Origin: a virus
Lineage: Duplodnaviria; Caudoviricetes
Length of the DNA stretch: 42,605 bases
Virus record (IMG/VR): IMGVR_UViG_3300020045_000175
Location: 1-42,605 of that record
Reading direction: 5' to 3' (one strand)
Under the pieces are notes generated by a model. The model saw only the letters and a list, made by a program, of their open reading frames with translations, was not told the origin of the DNA and did no database searches. Made by a program: the position numbers and the translations under genes. Shown here piece by piece: positions 26,604-36,099 of this stretch (position 1 is its first letter; every line of letters starts with the position of its first letter).

Positions 26604-27351
26604 ATTTCTTATTGATGTAGTCCAGTGATACTGGCATCAAATCAAACTGACCATCATTCACTTCATGCAACATCAACATACCACGCCAGTGCTTATTACC
26701 TTGAGCACCTAAGTAGTCTTCGTCATGTTCATAACAGCTACCTGCAATAATACTCGTCAATCGTTGACCATCACCACGATGAGCTGTTGCAATCTGCAAG
26801 CCCTGTTGATGACCAGCAATACAACTCATGTGTTTCTTATTCAGCTGAGCATTGGCAGTTGCAGCTGGACGACCTGCAATACCTGTAACGAAGTAGTGGC
26901 TAAAAGCAACACCACCAATAATAACCACCTCCAGAAAGTCATGTACGTTCCAATCGTCTAGGTAACAGTCTTCAACACCGATAGTACCTTCAAGCTTAGC
27001 ATCGTTGTTTACAGCACGATTAATACGGTTCTCATGGTTACCCATTAGGAAGTGCATTTCAGGGCGATAACGGGGCTTGTGGTTCGCTACAGCACGGAAA
27101 TTATGTGCTTTGATTGGTGCCAACAACCGTGTCATACCAGCATTACCAGCTTGAATGTCATTCTTATAACGACGACCTTCAAAACTCTTCTTACCAATGT
27201 CATAACTACTCAAACTAGGCATATCCCAATGGTCACCTAGATGGATGATTACGTCTGGTTGTTTCTCTACCAGATACTCACCAATCTTACTCAGATATGT
27301 AAGGTCTACACCTGGCTTAACTTGTGTGTCAGGGATAACTGCAATTTTCAT
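26596..27351 (-). CDS. Calcineurin-like metallophosphoesterase
   Basis: PDTQ, LGDHWD, MGNHE, FSHY, AGHQQ motifs. Confidence 0.88.
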   Translation of the reverse strand: MKIAVIPDTQVKPGVDLTYLSKIGEYLVEKQPDVIIHLGDHWDMPSLSSYDIGKKSFEGRRYKNDIQAGNAGMTRLLAPIKAHNFRAVANHKPRYRPEMHFLMGNHENRINRAVNNDAKLEGTIGVEDCYLDDWNVHDFLEVVIIGGVAFSHYFVTGIAGRPAATANAQLNKKHMSCIAGHQQGLQIATAHRGDGQRLTSIIAGSCYEHDEDYLGAQGNKHWRGMLMLHEVNDGQFDLMPVSLDYINKKYD

Positions 27352-27974
27352 TTGACTACTTCCAAAATGTTAGGGAAATCCTTTTTCAAGGCTTGATATA
27401 CTTTCTCGGCAACTTCACGATGTTCCTTCTGTGTTGAGGGATCAAGGCGTACTTGCAAGTAATGAATCCAGCTACGTAATGTGCCAGTCATGTACATACG
27501 GCTACCTGTCAGACCTTCTGGTAACACCTTACGTGCTACCTCTTTGGCAATACCGTTGTCCAATGCCCATTGATATGTCTTAACGCTATGGTCAATCAAA
27601 TCTTTCTGAGCACGTTGCCAAATCTCATCTAGCTCACGATCTTCGTTAAGCAAGCTGCTCTGACGATTCTTTAAGTCTTGTAATCGTGTCTCACCTGTCT
27701 CAAACTCAGTGGCAACTGCATATCGCTGACTGAATTCTTGAAAGGCGAAACTACGATGACGAAGAATCTGACGGGCAATGTCACGAGTAGTTTCAATCTC
27801 TACACATGCACTAACCATCTCGAACGGTGACCAATGCTTATTACGAACCAAGTATTGCAACAGTTTAGCTGCTGACTCCTTGTTATCTTGATTAGCAGGA
27901 TTACTTACACGGGCCATGTAAGCTACCAGATTCTCTGCATCTGGCGTTGCCCAAATTAATTTAACTTTTGACAT
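27348..27974 (-). CDS. thyX: Flavin-dependent thymidylate synthase
   Basis: HWSPFE, RQILRHRSFAFQEFSQRY signature, EVARKVLP, QKEHR; ATG at 27974. Confidence 0.95.
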   Translation of the reverse strand: MSKVKLIWATPDAENLVAYMARVSNPANQDNKESAAKLLQYLVRNKHWSPFEMVSACVEIETTRDIARQILRHRSFAFQEFSQRYAVATEFETGETRLQDLKNRQSSLLNEDRELDEIWQRAQKDLIDHSVKTYQWALDNGIAKEVARKVLPEGLTGSRMYMTGTLRSWIHYLQVRLDPSTQKEHREVAEKVYQALKKDFPNILEVVK

Positions 27975-28110
27975 TCTCTCTCTTTGTTGATTCAATATTA
28001 TGAGGAAGCAAATTCTTCATTAAAAGAATCCAACCTTGAATTGGACGCTCTTCTGCACATTGAAGATAGTGTTGATTAGCTAACCATTCTAACGTCTCCT
28101 CAGGGGACAT
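27961..28110 (-). CDS. Possible small hypothetical protein (49 aa)
   Basis: MSPEETLEWLANQHYLQCAEER...; fills the gap and overlaps both neighbours; no motif recognised. Confidence 0.4.
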   Translation of the reverse strand: MSPEETLEWLANQHYLQCAEERPIQGWILLMKNLLPHNIESTKRENVKS

Positions 28111-28441
28111 TAGTTTTTGTTTGTTTTTCATTGATAAACCAACTATCGTTTAGATCGGGACGATTCTTTAAGTTATTAGAAAGAAACATCCAATTACAGC
28201 CAACATGGTCAATATGCGGAAGACCACTTTCTGGATCAATATACTCACCCCGCATAATTGCAAACAGATGACGGAGCAGAGAGGCAATGAGACGAGAGTT
28301 ATTAATGCCACCTCGCCAATTGTCTGCTGCATATTTCTTAGCTCCGAATGTTAATACTGCTGCTAAACCCTCAATCGCTTGTGGGTCAATAAGGTTTAGC
28401 ATAGGTTTGTCTTGATCGTGTTTAACACCTTCTTTAGACAT
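28100..28441 (-). CDS. DUF5664-family dATP/dGTP diphosphohydrolase-like protein
   Basis: GVKHDQDKP..L......VLTFGAKKY...NWRGG...RHL.....D.ESGLPHIDH; start uncertain. Confidence 0.8.
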   Translation of the reverse strand: MSKEGVKHDQDKPMLNLIDPQAIEGLAAVLTFGAKKYAADNWRGGINNSRLIASLLRHLFAIMRGEYIDPESGLPHIDHVGCNWMFLSNNLKNRPDLNDSWFINEKQTKTNVP

Positions 28442-28472
28442 GATTCGTTCCATTAGTTCGTTGAACCTTTGC

Positions 28473-28727
28473 TCAAGCTGTAAGTGAGAATCCACGATTC
28501 ACCATCTCGATCTCAAACAAGTCCTTCGCAACATTGCGTTCCTCTTTCGGAATCAGATTGAAATAACCTAGGATTAGAGCTGCACCTTTAGGTGTGATGC
28601 GTTTCTCTTTGTTTGTATGATCTTCAGCCATGTTTGCCATGACTCGTGCTCGGTTGAATGGGCGAAGGTTGTCGTCTTCAACATCGTTAAACAATGAGAA
28701 GCCTTTGAATTCACTTTGATTTGACAT
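28473..28727 (-). CDS. Hypothetical protein
   Basis: ATG 28727 (MSNQSEFKGFSLFNDVED...). Confidence 0.65.
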   Translation of the reverse strand: MSNQSEFKGFSLFNDVEDDNLRPFNRARVMANMAEDHTNKEKRITPKGAALILGYFNLIPKEERNVAKDLFEIEMVNRGFSLTA

Positions 28728-29103
28728 TAGATTTTCTTTCTTGATTTTCTTCTTTTGTAATGAGCTTGTGGCAGGGCTTGCACACAACCTCTAGGCCGTC
28801 TTCTTCACAGAATAGTCGGGAGATTACATTATCCCATGAGTCGAATCCAGATACAGGAACGACAGGGATAATATGGTTGACTTCCACATTCTTAGCTGGA
28901 AAGTCTTCTTTACACTTGTTGCACGTATAGAACTTAGCTAACCTACCAGAAGCAGGATTAACTTTCTGACCTACACACGCCTTAGATAACACAGTGTACT
29001 TAGGTGGCCAACGTTGAGAAGCACTACGCAATGCACTCTTAACGAATGAATTGAAACGTGCTACTGTCCATGTACCGTTATTATAACTTGTCTTCGTCAT
29101 CAT
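28711..29103 (-). CDS. HNH-like endonuclease (replication-module type)
   Basis: F..SALR....RWPPKY, CNKC..VEVNHIIPVV...LEVVCKPCH; start within ATG run 29100-29115. Confidence 0.75.
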   Translation of the reverse strand: MMTKTSYNNGTWTVARFNSFVKSALRSASQRWPPKYTVLSKACVGQKVNPASGRLAKFYTCNKCKEDFPAKNVEVNHIIPVVPVSGFDSWDNVISRLFCEEDGLEVVCKPCHKLITKEENQERKSNVKSK

Positions 29104-29368
29104 CATCATCCTCATCTACAATTGGAGGAGGATATACGATGTTCTCTTTGATAACTACATCAAAGCCAAATCTATTCAGTAACGCATTATATACCTCCTC
29201 TGGTTCATACGATTCTGAAGAATAGCAATGCGCGTGAGGCATCATCTCCAGAATTACTACATTGTCTACTCTTACAATAGCTCCCTCAGCATACGATGGG
29301 CCACACGTCTCACAATCATATTCGTCGTATACCCATTCAATCTCTACGCTATGTCGGGGAGGCTCCAC
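29081..29368 (-). CDS. Hypothetical protein with CxxC and acidic tail
   Basis: IEWVYDEYDCETCGPSYAEGA...AHCY; start uncertain (GTG 29368 assumed). Confidence 0.55.
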   Translation of the reverse strand: MEPPRHSVEIEWVYDEYDCETCGPSYAEGAIVRVDNVVILEMMPHAHCYSSESYEPEEVYNALLNRFGFDVVIKENIVYPPPIVDEDDDDDEDKL

Positions 29369-30135
29369 AGGACTGGCTGTCCCGTCTCCGTCAACTCTCT
29401 GGTCATCCACAATAAGCGTCCTTGCTCTAACAGTTCTACATCCCAAGCATCCCCATAGGCGGCCTTGTAAGCCTCTCTAACGGCCTTAAAACATTCATCA
29501 GGTGTCTGCATATGTTCTAAGATTTCAAAGGCTGCTACAGGCCCGCATTTGTCAATGCCAGGAATACTATCTACTCGATCACCTGTCAGGCATTGGGAGT
29601 AGAAGAATTTGATACCATATCCCTTAATTGACTTTCGGTCATGTGATAATGCGATAGAGCCAAATTCGTCAACCAACATGGGGCCAAATTGGGGCTGGTT
29701 GGCAAGTTCCCATCCGTAGTGCCATCCTGGGACTTGTCTAAGGTCTTTATCACGGGTGCATATGATGGTTTCGTCTGGTCTTCGGGTTTGTTCGAGGGCC
29801 ATAAGGTCGTCTGCTTCCAACCAGTCTTGTTGTCTGTAGTCATATACAGCTTTCAGATATGCTTTGATGTTCTTGTAATGCCAAGGCTTGTTTCCAGGTC
29901 TTGCTTTATAGGGTGTGCGTTTAGCAATATCGAATCTAAAGTTTGTAGAACCAGTGAAGAACAGAATAGGCGGTGTGCTATCATCCTGTCCTGCAATGGC
30001 TACGATATTGTTAATCCTGTTGGTTAGTAGTTGTTCTACATAATCCCAACTAGGGAAGCCAGGCTGTTGCCAACCTGACTCCGCTGCAAACCCGATCTCA
30101 TAACACAGAACATCTGCGTCGATCAGGCATTGCAT
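29344..30135 (-). CDS. 5'-3' exonuclease (T7 gp6/FEN family)
   Basis: LIDAD, NFR...YK, LEADD, RDKDLRQVPG, LTGDRVDSIPG. Confidence 0.92.
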   Translation of the reverse strand: MQCLIDADVLCYEIGFAAESGWQQPGFPSWDYVEQLLTNRINNIVAIAGQDDSTPPILFFTGSTNFRFDIAKRTPYKARPGNKPWHYKNIKAYLKAVYDYRQQDWLEADDLMALEQTRRPDETIICTRDKDLRQVPGWHYGWELANQPQFGPMLVDEFGSIALSHDRKSIKGYGIKFFYSQCLTGDRVDSIPGIDKCGPVAAFEILEHMQTPDECFKAVREAYKAAYGDAWDVELLEQGRLLWMTRELTETGQPVLWSLPDIA

Positions 30136-30836
30136 TAGTAAGGAGCGTCTTCGTCTTCAGCTTCTGCTGGTGGCTCCTCAGCCTTAGGAGGCTTAGCAGC
30201 TGGCGCTTTAGCACTACGAGGACGATCACCACCGCCACCTAACAACTGCTCAAGGGGAGAACCTTTGTAGTTCAGATTGCCCTTAATCTTTTCACGCAAC
30301 CATTCAGGCAATGCATTGAATACGTCCAAGTCAGGTGCATCCAAGTCCAAGAGCTTAGTAGGGTTAACCAGCTCGGGACACTTGTCAGCGTCACGAGGAC
30401 GCATAGCAGAAATAGTTGCAATATTGTCATATACCTTGTCACCCACTGCGTTGTTAACAATGGTCACATTGATCGGCTGACCAATCGCCTTAGCGAAGTC
30501 ACCGTCAAACTCACCTGATGGATCAAGCGCATTGTAACGCTGTGTGCTCTTAGCCTTATCTGCATACAAGCCATAGAACGGCAGTGTCTCAGAAATCCAA
30601 CGAGGTTTGTCAGTCAACTCCTCACCATTCTCATCAAGCATGAATGTGTCAACCAATTCGTAGGTCAACATAATCTCTTGTGCTGGAGGCTTGTCCTTGC
30701 CTTGATATGGACGTTGAGCTTGCAAGCCCAAGTCAATGATCTGTACTAGACGAGCTGGATATGTACCTGGCTCAATGTTAGCCTGAGGTGTACGATTGCC
30801 ACCACCATTACCGATTTTCTTTGCGTTAAGTGCCAT
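30135..30836 (-). CDS. Putative single-stranded DNA-binding protein
   Basis: GTYPARLVQIIDLG OB-like start, acidic-aromatic C-tail EAEDEDAPY; between exonuclease and polymerase. Confidence 0.65.
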   Translation of the reverse strand: MALNAKKIGNGGGNRTPQANIEPGTYPARLVQIIDLGLQAQRPYQGKDKPPAQEIMLTYELVDTFMLDENGEELTDKPRWISETLPFYGLYADKAKSTQRYNALDPSGEFDGDFAKAIGQPINVTIVNNAVGDKVYDNIATISAMRPRDADKCPELVNPTKLLDLDAPDLDVFNALPEWLREKIKGNLNYKGSPLEQLLGGGGDRPRSAKAPAAKPPKAEEPPAEAEDEDAPY

Positions 30837-30853
30837 AGTTATTTCCTTTTCGA

Positions 30854-31048
30854 TTAATTAAATGTTACTGTTTGTTTTACGAAGCGACCACGAGTGTCAC
30901 GATACACTGTGATTCGTTCAATACCACCAATCGGTGTAGTTTGACTACGATGAAACATCATATCACCGTATTCATTGCGGAACAATCCGCGTTCACCTTG
31001 CATGACTACTCGGCCACGCAATTTCCAACCATTGAATGTATTGTTCAT
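30854..31048 (-). CDS. Hypothetical protein
   Basis: ATG 31048 two bases after upstream stop; RDTRGRF motif. Confidence 0.55.
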   Translation of the reverse strand: MNNTFNGWKLRGRVVMQGERGLFRNEYGDMMFHRSQTTPIGGIERITVYRDTRGRFVKQTVTFN

Positions 31049-31049
31049 A

Positions 31050-31292
31050 TTAAACTGCTTGAGGGAAGTGACGAGCTTTGGTGATATTACGCAAAGGATA
31101 TACCAATGTCTCACCTTCTTTAGTCATAACAGCGATAACTGTATTACTCACTTGATAACCGATAATGTCTTCATACACTTCAACGTGTGGTTTATATGTA
31201 TCAGTATCAATGTCATACTCTGAATGAAATGTCAATTCAATATTGTATGGAGGTTTTTGTTCGTCGTCAAATTGTTGTGCTGCTTGTGTCAT
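31050..31292 (-). CDS. Hypothetical protein
   Basis: ATG 31292 with TAAGGA SD. Confidence 0.65.
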   Translation of the reverse strand: MTQAAQQFDDEQKPPYNIELTFHSEYDIDTDTYKPHVEVYEDIIGYQVSNTVIAVMTKEGETLVYPLRNITKARHFPQAV

Positions 31293-31300
31293 ATATTTCC

Positions 31301-33181
31301 TTAGTGAATGGCGTACCAATTACGCCCAATAGCACCCTCACCAGCGTGAGGACACTTAATACCATAGTATTCGCCTGCTAGACGAATAGCGTCTTCTGAG
31401 ATGCGTTTAACATCATCAGCAATTTCTTGTCTACACTCGATTGTATACTCATCGTGGTACCAACAAACAACACCGTAGTCAACCCCCCAGACGTACTTCT
31501 TTTCAAGTTCTGCACACAAGATGCAGTAGGCTTTAGCCATGTGAATGGCTTCGTCTGATTGTAGGAGATATACTAAGATTTGATGTTCAGAAGGAACCTT
31601 AATAGGTCTACCGTCAAGTCCTGTAATAGTTCCGTTGAAATATTCCATTCGCTTGAACTGTTGATTATATCTTTGTCGTGCTGTGCTTCTCCATTCTTTA
31701 GTTAGTCGCTCCATGAGTTCACCAAGTCCGTCAAGACCTCGGTATAGTTTATCCCTGAGTTCTGCTCCAGAACCCACAGGCTTCTTAGCAGTCTTTGCAA
31801 GTTTTGTATCTCCTCCTCCGAAGAGCAGACAATACATAACGTTTTTCGCAATGTCTCGGGATTCAAGGTCGCCAGCGACTTTGGTAAGGGTGTGAGGATC
31901 AGTGCCATCTTCTTTATTACCTGACACCATAGCATAGATATAGGCATCACTACCCATACGTGCTGCTAGTTGTCTTAGTTGATTGCCTGCCGAATCTGTT
32001 CCAACGAGGGTAAACCCATCTTTGGAGGAGAAGATGGCTCGCATCTGCTTACCATAGAAGCTTGAGGCTTTAGGTATGTTGACAATATTTCTGTGCGTAG
32101 CTCGTCCCGTGACGGCAAGCGTGTTGACAACAGAGCTAATTCGTCCATCTTCTCGAATAAGACCAAATAGTCCTTCAATAACTGAACGCCTCTGCCTGCA
32201 TTGTACTCGTCGTGCGACAAGAGCACCAAGCTTTGACTCAATTCCTTCAAATGGATCGTCTTTGCTGAGTTTAGGGCTTGTTCGTTCACCTTCATCGTTT
32301 GTGTTCCATTCTAATGGTTCCCATCCTAGTTGTAAAAGAAAGTCTTTAGTTTCCGCATTGGAGTCTAAGTCTGTTACCCTAAAGCTAACACGACTAAAGC
32401 AACCAACAACGGGCTTAGTGCCGATAGGAATATTACTCCTGCCACACCAATCAATAACACTTTGAGAATAAGCACCCGACTTGAGGAAGGGTTTTCTGAT
32501 GTAGTTGTATTCGCCATTCTTTTTTGTTTCTTCAATCTCCAGAATCTGGGGTAATCGAGGAGTGATTACACTGTCAATTCGTTCTATCCATTTAGTAAGC
32601 TGACGTACACAGAAGTGCATATGGTCTTGGTCAACAAGCCAACCGTATTCCTCTTGCTGTTGTAGTCGTGTAAACAACTCAAACGACATAAGGAAAGCGT
32701 TACGCCACTTACCACCCTTAGATTCTTCAAGCAATGCTTTATACACTAGCTCTAGAATTTCAACGTCTTCAGTACAACGATGTAGCATCTCTTCCGAGAA
32801 TACTTCCCAATCGTTATGCTCAGGTTTGCCACGACCAACACGATAACCCCATGCCTCAAGTGAATGAGGGCCAGCTTTCTTGTTAGCACAGTTGAATGGT
32901 ACTAGGCGCTTAGGGTCAAGCAATCGAGACATGATTAGTGTGTCAACTACCTTACCCTTATACGTCCAGTTAAACAACTTCTTGAGCAAAGGGAAGTCGT
33001 AACCAATACCATTGTGAGCAATTAGAACATCAAACGATTCCAAGTACCTGAGTAAGTCATAGATTTCAGTAGGTCGAAACTTACGTACTGGCCCATCTAA
33101 TATCTTAACTACGCCACAATGGACACGAGTTGCTTCACGGACAAATCCATTAGCTTCTGTATCAAAGGACGCTATTTTCAT
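31301..33181 (-). CDS. DNA polymerase family A with 3'-5' exonuclease
   Basis: FDTEANG (Exo I), HNGIGYD (Exo II), TGRATH, motif A DSAGNQLR, motif B RDIAKNVMYCLLFG, motif C YHDE. Confidence 0.95.
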   Translation of the reverse strand: MKIASFDTEANGFVREATRVHCGVVKILDGPVRKFRPTEIYDLLRYLESFDVLIAHNGIGYDFPLLKKLFNWTYKGKVVDTLIMSRLLDPKRLVPFNCANKKAGPHSLEAWGYRVGRGKPEHNDWEVFSEEMLHRCTEDVEILELVYKALLEESKGGKWRNAFLMSFELFTRLQQQEEYGWLVDQDHMHFCVRQLTKWIERIDSVITPRLPQILEIEETKKNGEYNYIRKPFLKSGAYSQSVIDWCGRSNIPIGTKPVVGCFSRVSFRVTDLDSNAETKDFLLQLGWEPLEWNTNDEGERTSPKLSKDDPFEGIESKLGALVARRVQCRQRRSVIEGLFGLIREDGRISSVVNTLAVTGRATHRNIVNIPKASSFYGKQMRAIFSSKDGFTLVGTDSAGNQLRQLAARMGSDAYIYAMVSGNKEDGTDPHTLTKVAGDLESRDIAKNVMYCLLFGGGDTKLAKTAKKPVGSGAELRDKLYRGLDGLGELMERLTKEWRSTARQRYNQQFKRMEYFNGTITGLDGRPIKVPSEHQILVYLLQSDEAIHMAKAYCILCAELEKKYVWGVDYGVVCWYHDEYTIECRQEIADDVKRISEDAIRLAGEYYGIKCPHAGEGAIGRNWYAIH

Positions 33182-33335
33182 CAATCAATCTCTCTAATCG
33201 CTCAATCTCATCCGCAGCTTCTTCAAGAATGTCAGCAATACGATCAGGCTTACCTTCTTCTACAGACTTACGCCCTGGAATCTGTCTCCGAATCTTAGCT
33301 CGAATACGTAGACGTTGTACAAGTGTATCACTCAC
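33162..33335 (-). CDS. Small conserved phage protein (57 aa, not in ORF track)
   Basis: GTG start; MSDTLVQRLRIRAKIRRQIPGRKSVEEGKPDRIADILEEAADEIERL...; overlaps both neighbours. Confidence 0.72.
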   Translation of the reverse strand: MSDTLVQRLRIRAKIRRQIPGRKSVEEGKPDRIADILEEAADEIERLERLIDENSVL

Positions 33336-33804
33336 TGTATAGTTCCTTTAATTCGTTACGGAATCGCTGAATGATTTGATGTGTCTTAGCGTATGAGTAG
33401 TCAGTAATGTGACAAATATCAATTGCGTTATATCCATTCTTGAAATGGAGTGTAAGCACTTCTACTTGGTCAACACCCTTAGTTTCTACTAGGTCTAAGA
33501 TTTCCTTCAGGATGCGCTCAGAGTAATGAGGGCAGTTAGTATCCACTGCTTCTTCATCTTCTGAATCCCAAGAGGCATGTCCCATTTCCTCACGCTTGTA
33601 GTCACGTAATGCGTTATTAAGAAGCATTGAGAACCACTGGTCGAAACGTTGTGGGTCACAACTGCGACGATAACGAATAGCTCGCTCATATGCTGTCTGG
33701 ACTACATCCTCACCAGCATGTGGACTACCTGCTCGGAATGACATTTTCTTTACGATACGTTGGCGATTAGCCAAGTAATGTTTCTCAATAGCTTCTAATT
33801 GCAT
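33328..33804 (-). CDS. ECF-type RNA polymerase sigma factor
   Basis: Region 2 pattern EDVVQTAYERA...FDQWFSMLLNNALRDYKR and C-terminal region 4 HTH; 158 aa. Confidence 0.82.
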   Translation of the reverse strand: MQLEAIEKHYLANRQRIVKKMSFRAGSPHAGEDVVQTAYERAIRYRRSCDPQRFDQWFSMLLNNALRDYKREEMGHASWDSEDEEAVDTNCPHYSERILKEILDLVETKGVDQVEVLTLHFKNGYNAIDICHITDYSYAKTHQIIQRFRNELKELYSE

Positions 33805-35462
33805 TAGTTAATCTCGTTGAATAGACCTGTTGAATTATCCCAATAGAGTTTGTAGCGGCCTGTCTCACCAAACTCTCGATCTTCTAGCAATACTAGAGTT
33901 CGTAGATTGCGTTCCTCGCTTGGCAGATTTGGGTCTCTATTACCTTCGAGTCCGAGCATGAGGTTGCAAGAACGAGCCATAGCACGAGATCCAGCAAACT
34001 GAGAGGAAAGAACTTCACCACCTCTTTCGTGAGGTGGGCCAGAATCAGGATTCCTAAGGTGACAAAAAATGAAAATAACAACATTAAGGTCAAGGGCCAT
34101 AGCAGACAGCTCTTGAGCAATTTCTTGAAGTTTGACGTTTGCACTAGCTGCATCCATTCCGTTAGTTAAGTTGGTAATAGGGTCAATGATGATGACTTTA
34201 CATCCTTCACTAGCAGCAGCACGAATGTCACCTTTGAGCGTATCAAAGCCAACGTGCTGATACAAGTTAAGCATATACAAGTGATCTTGTAACACTGTCC
34301 CTGCTTTGTCATAAGCTTGATCGTCGAAGGGTTTAGTAGGGTCGTGAAAGAACTTACCTACTAACTTACCCGCAACGAGCTTATATGTTTTCTTGTTGCT
34401 CTCTTCAGGCTTGACAAGAAAGACTTTCCATCCGTGCTCCTTGATAAAATGAGCTGCAAGGGTGTTAACGACCTCCGACTTACCTTGTTTTTGACCAGCA
34501 CCAATGTAAATGGTCTCTCCCAAGCGTATACCCCTCGTTGCTTTAGTAATATGCTCCCACGGCCAGGAAACTCCAAATGTGGGCGGCTCTTTACCAGCTT
34601 CGTGTAAATCATTGCCCGATACAAGACGAGTATTCTTCGGCTTTTGGGCATTGAATTGGCACGCGTTATAAGCTGCCTTACTACGTCCATCGAGAAGACA
34701 TTGGTTAGCATCTTTGGATGGAAGACTGGCAACCATCGCATCAGGGGCGATACGTAATACATCTTCTACCGCTTTCTTACCAGCTGCATCGTTATCAAAG
34801 ACAAGAATGATTTCCTTAAAGATTTTACGAATCTCAGGGAGCATCTTAGCAAACTGCTTAGAGGCACCTCCAGAACCGTTACTAAGGGACACAACAGCGG
34901 GATTGTAGTCCGCATACTGAGTACCTTTGTTATGATCTTTAAAGATTTGATACAGGGCTACTGCATCACATTCACCCTCAGTAACAAACAGCTTCTTACC
35001 ACCTGTCTGCACTGCTTGTTGCCAACCGAAGAAGTCAGCGTTCTTAGTGGAACCAATGGCCCACATACGCTTGTTCTCGATTAGGCGAACCTTGTAACCA
35101 ATAAGCACGTCACCCTCATAATAAGGATAGTAGTGCGTTACTGGCGTTACACCGTCTGTCTCTGATACACCGATCTTGACACCAAAGTATTCTAAAGATT
35201 CTTTCTTGAGCTTACGATCAGGGAGAGCAACAGTTTGGTAGTCTGCTACTTCCTTAATCTCAGCTTCAATCTGTTCCTTAGACTTAACGATAGACTGTGG
35301 CTTATAGTCTTTCGGTTTGTCATGGTAGGGGTCAGGGACATGAGTACCACAAGCGAAACAGAAACCATCGTATGTACCATCTTCTTTGAGAAAGACTTGT
35401 AATCCGTTGGCACTGTTACACTTATCGGTTCGGTGTGGTAGTTTTTCCACACATTTAGACAA
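33804..35462 (-). CDS. Primase-helicase (T7 gp4-like)
   Basis: Zinc motif FCFAC, TOPRIM VTEGECDA and FDNDAAG, KDAN, Walker A GAGQKQGKS, IIIDP, HLR, GSRA. Confidence 0.93.
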   Translation of the reverse strand: MSKCVEKLPHRTDKCNSANGLQVFLKEDGTYDGFCFACGTHVPDPYHDKPKDYKPQSIVKSKEQIEAEIKEVADYQTVALPDRKLKKESLEYFGVKIGVSETDGVTPVTHYYPYYEGDVLIGYKVRLIENKRMWAIGSTKNADFFGWQQAVQTGGKKLFVTEGECDAVALYQIFKDHNKGTQYADYNPAVVSLSNGSGGASKQFAKMLPEIRKIFKEIILVFDNDAAGKKAVEDVLRIAPDAMVASLPSKDANQCLLDGRSKAAYNACQFNAQKPKNTRLVSGNDLHEAGKEPPTFGVSWPWEHITKATRGIRLGETIYIGAGQKQGKSEVVNTLAAHFIKEHGWKVFLVKPEESNKKTYKLVAGKLVGKFFHDPTKPFDDQAYDKAGTVLQDHLYMLNLYQHVGFDTLKGDIRAAASEGCKVIIIDPITNLTNGMDAASANVKLQEIAQELSAMALDLNVVIFIFCHLRNPDSGPPHERGGEVLSSQFAGSRAMARSCNLMLGLEGNRDPNLPSEERNLRTLVLLEDREFGETGRYKLYWDNSTGLFNEIN

Positions 35463-35670
35463 TACGTTCCCCCTTATCTAAAGGTCGTTTCAATTCTTCC
35501 AAGGTCTCTGCTAAACAGTACTTAGGAATATATTTAGGATCAAACCACCAAATCTCGGCGTCTGTTTGACTGTAATACTCCCAGCCTAGAAATAAGGTAT
35601 ACTTACGTACACCGTATGTTCCGTTGTTAAAGTAAACAACATGAGGTTTGAATGGGTTATACAGCTGCAT
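35455..35670 (-). CDS. Hypothetical protein
   Basis: Overlap-coupled ORF; YNPFKPHVV. Confidence 0.65.
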   Translation of the reverse strand: MQLYNPFKPHVVYFNNGTYGVRKYTLFLGWEYYSQTDAEIWWFDPKYIPKYCLAETLEELKRPLDKGERIV

Positions 35671-35887
35671 ATGGTTTCAAGAATTGCATGATCTTTTGCA
35701 AGCCTGATGCGTTATAGTTGGGCAACTTATACAAACGAGTTTTAATCGCTTTCAGTTCACCTTCTACAACTTCACGACCACGATGGTCATCAGCAGGAAG
35801 TTTGTCCAATGTTGCAAATACCATACCAAGACGGTGTTCCAACATCAAGGACTCAGACAATGTGTTTGTTACGCCAGATTTACTCAT
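35657..35887 (-). CDS. Hypothetical protein
   Basis: Tightly packed ORF in operon. Confidence 0.6.
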   Translation of the reverse strand: MSKSGVTNTLSESLMLEHRLGMVFATLDKLPADDHRGREVVEGELKAIKTRLYKLPNYNASGLQKIMQFLKPYAAV

Positions 35888-35888
35888 G

Positions 35889-36086
35889 TTATGCTTTCGG
35901 TTTAAATAGTGCAGGGGTTTGTTGGATTAGTTTCTTTTGAATACGACGAATGGTGTCACAGTATTCTTGGATGTTGAAAGGGAACGGATACTCAAAATGA
36001 ATATCAGCATCTTTCAATGTAGCTTCGAGCATATCTATATCAACTCGTTCAAAGTCTCGTAGGTCAACTTCAGATAGTGCGCTCAT
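35889..36086 (-). CDS. Hypothetical protein
   Basis: Strong AAGGAG SD. Confidence 0.65.
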   Translation of the reverse strand: MSALSEVDLRDFERVDIDMLEATLKDADIHFEYPFPFNIQEYCDTIRRIQKKLIQQTPALFKPKA

Positions 36087-36099
36087 GTGATCTCCTTTC

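Noticed and set aside
26084-28441. Z-base (2-aminoadenine) genome pathway
   Set aside because: No PurZ/adenylosuccinate synthetase homologue or HD-domain dATPase visible in the window
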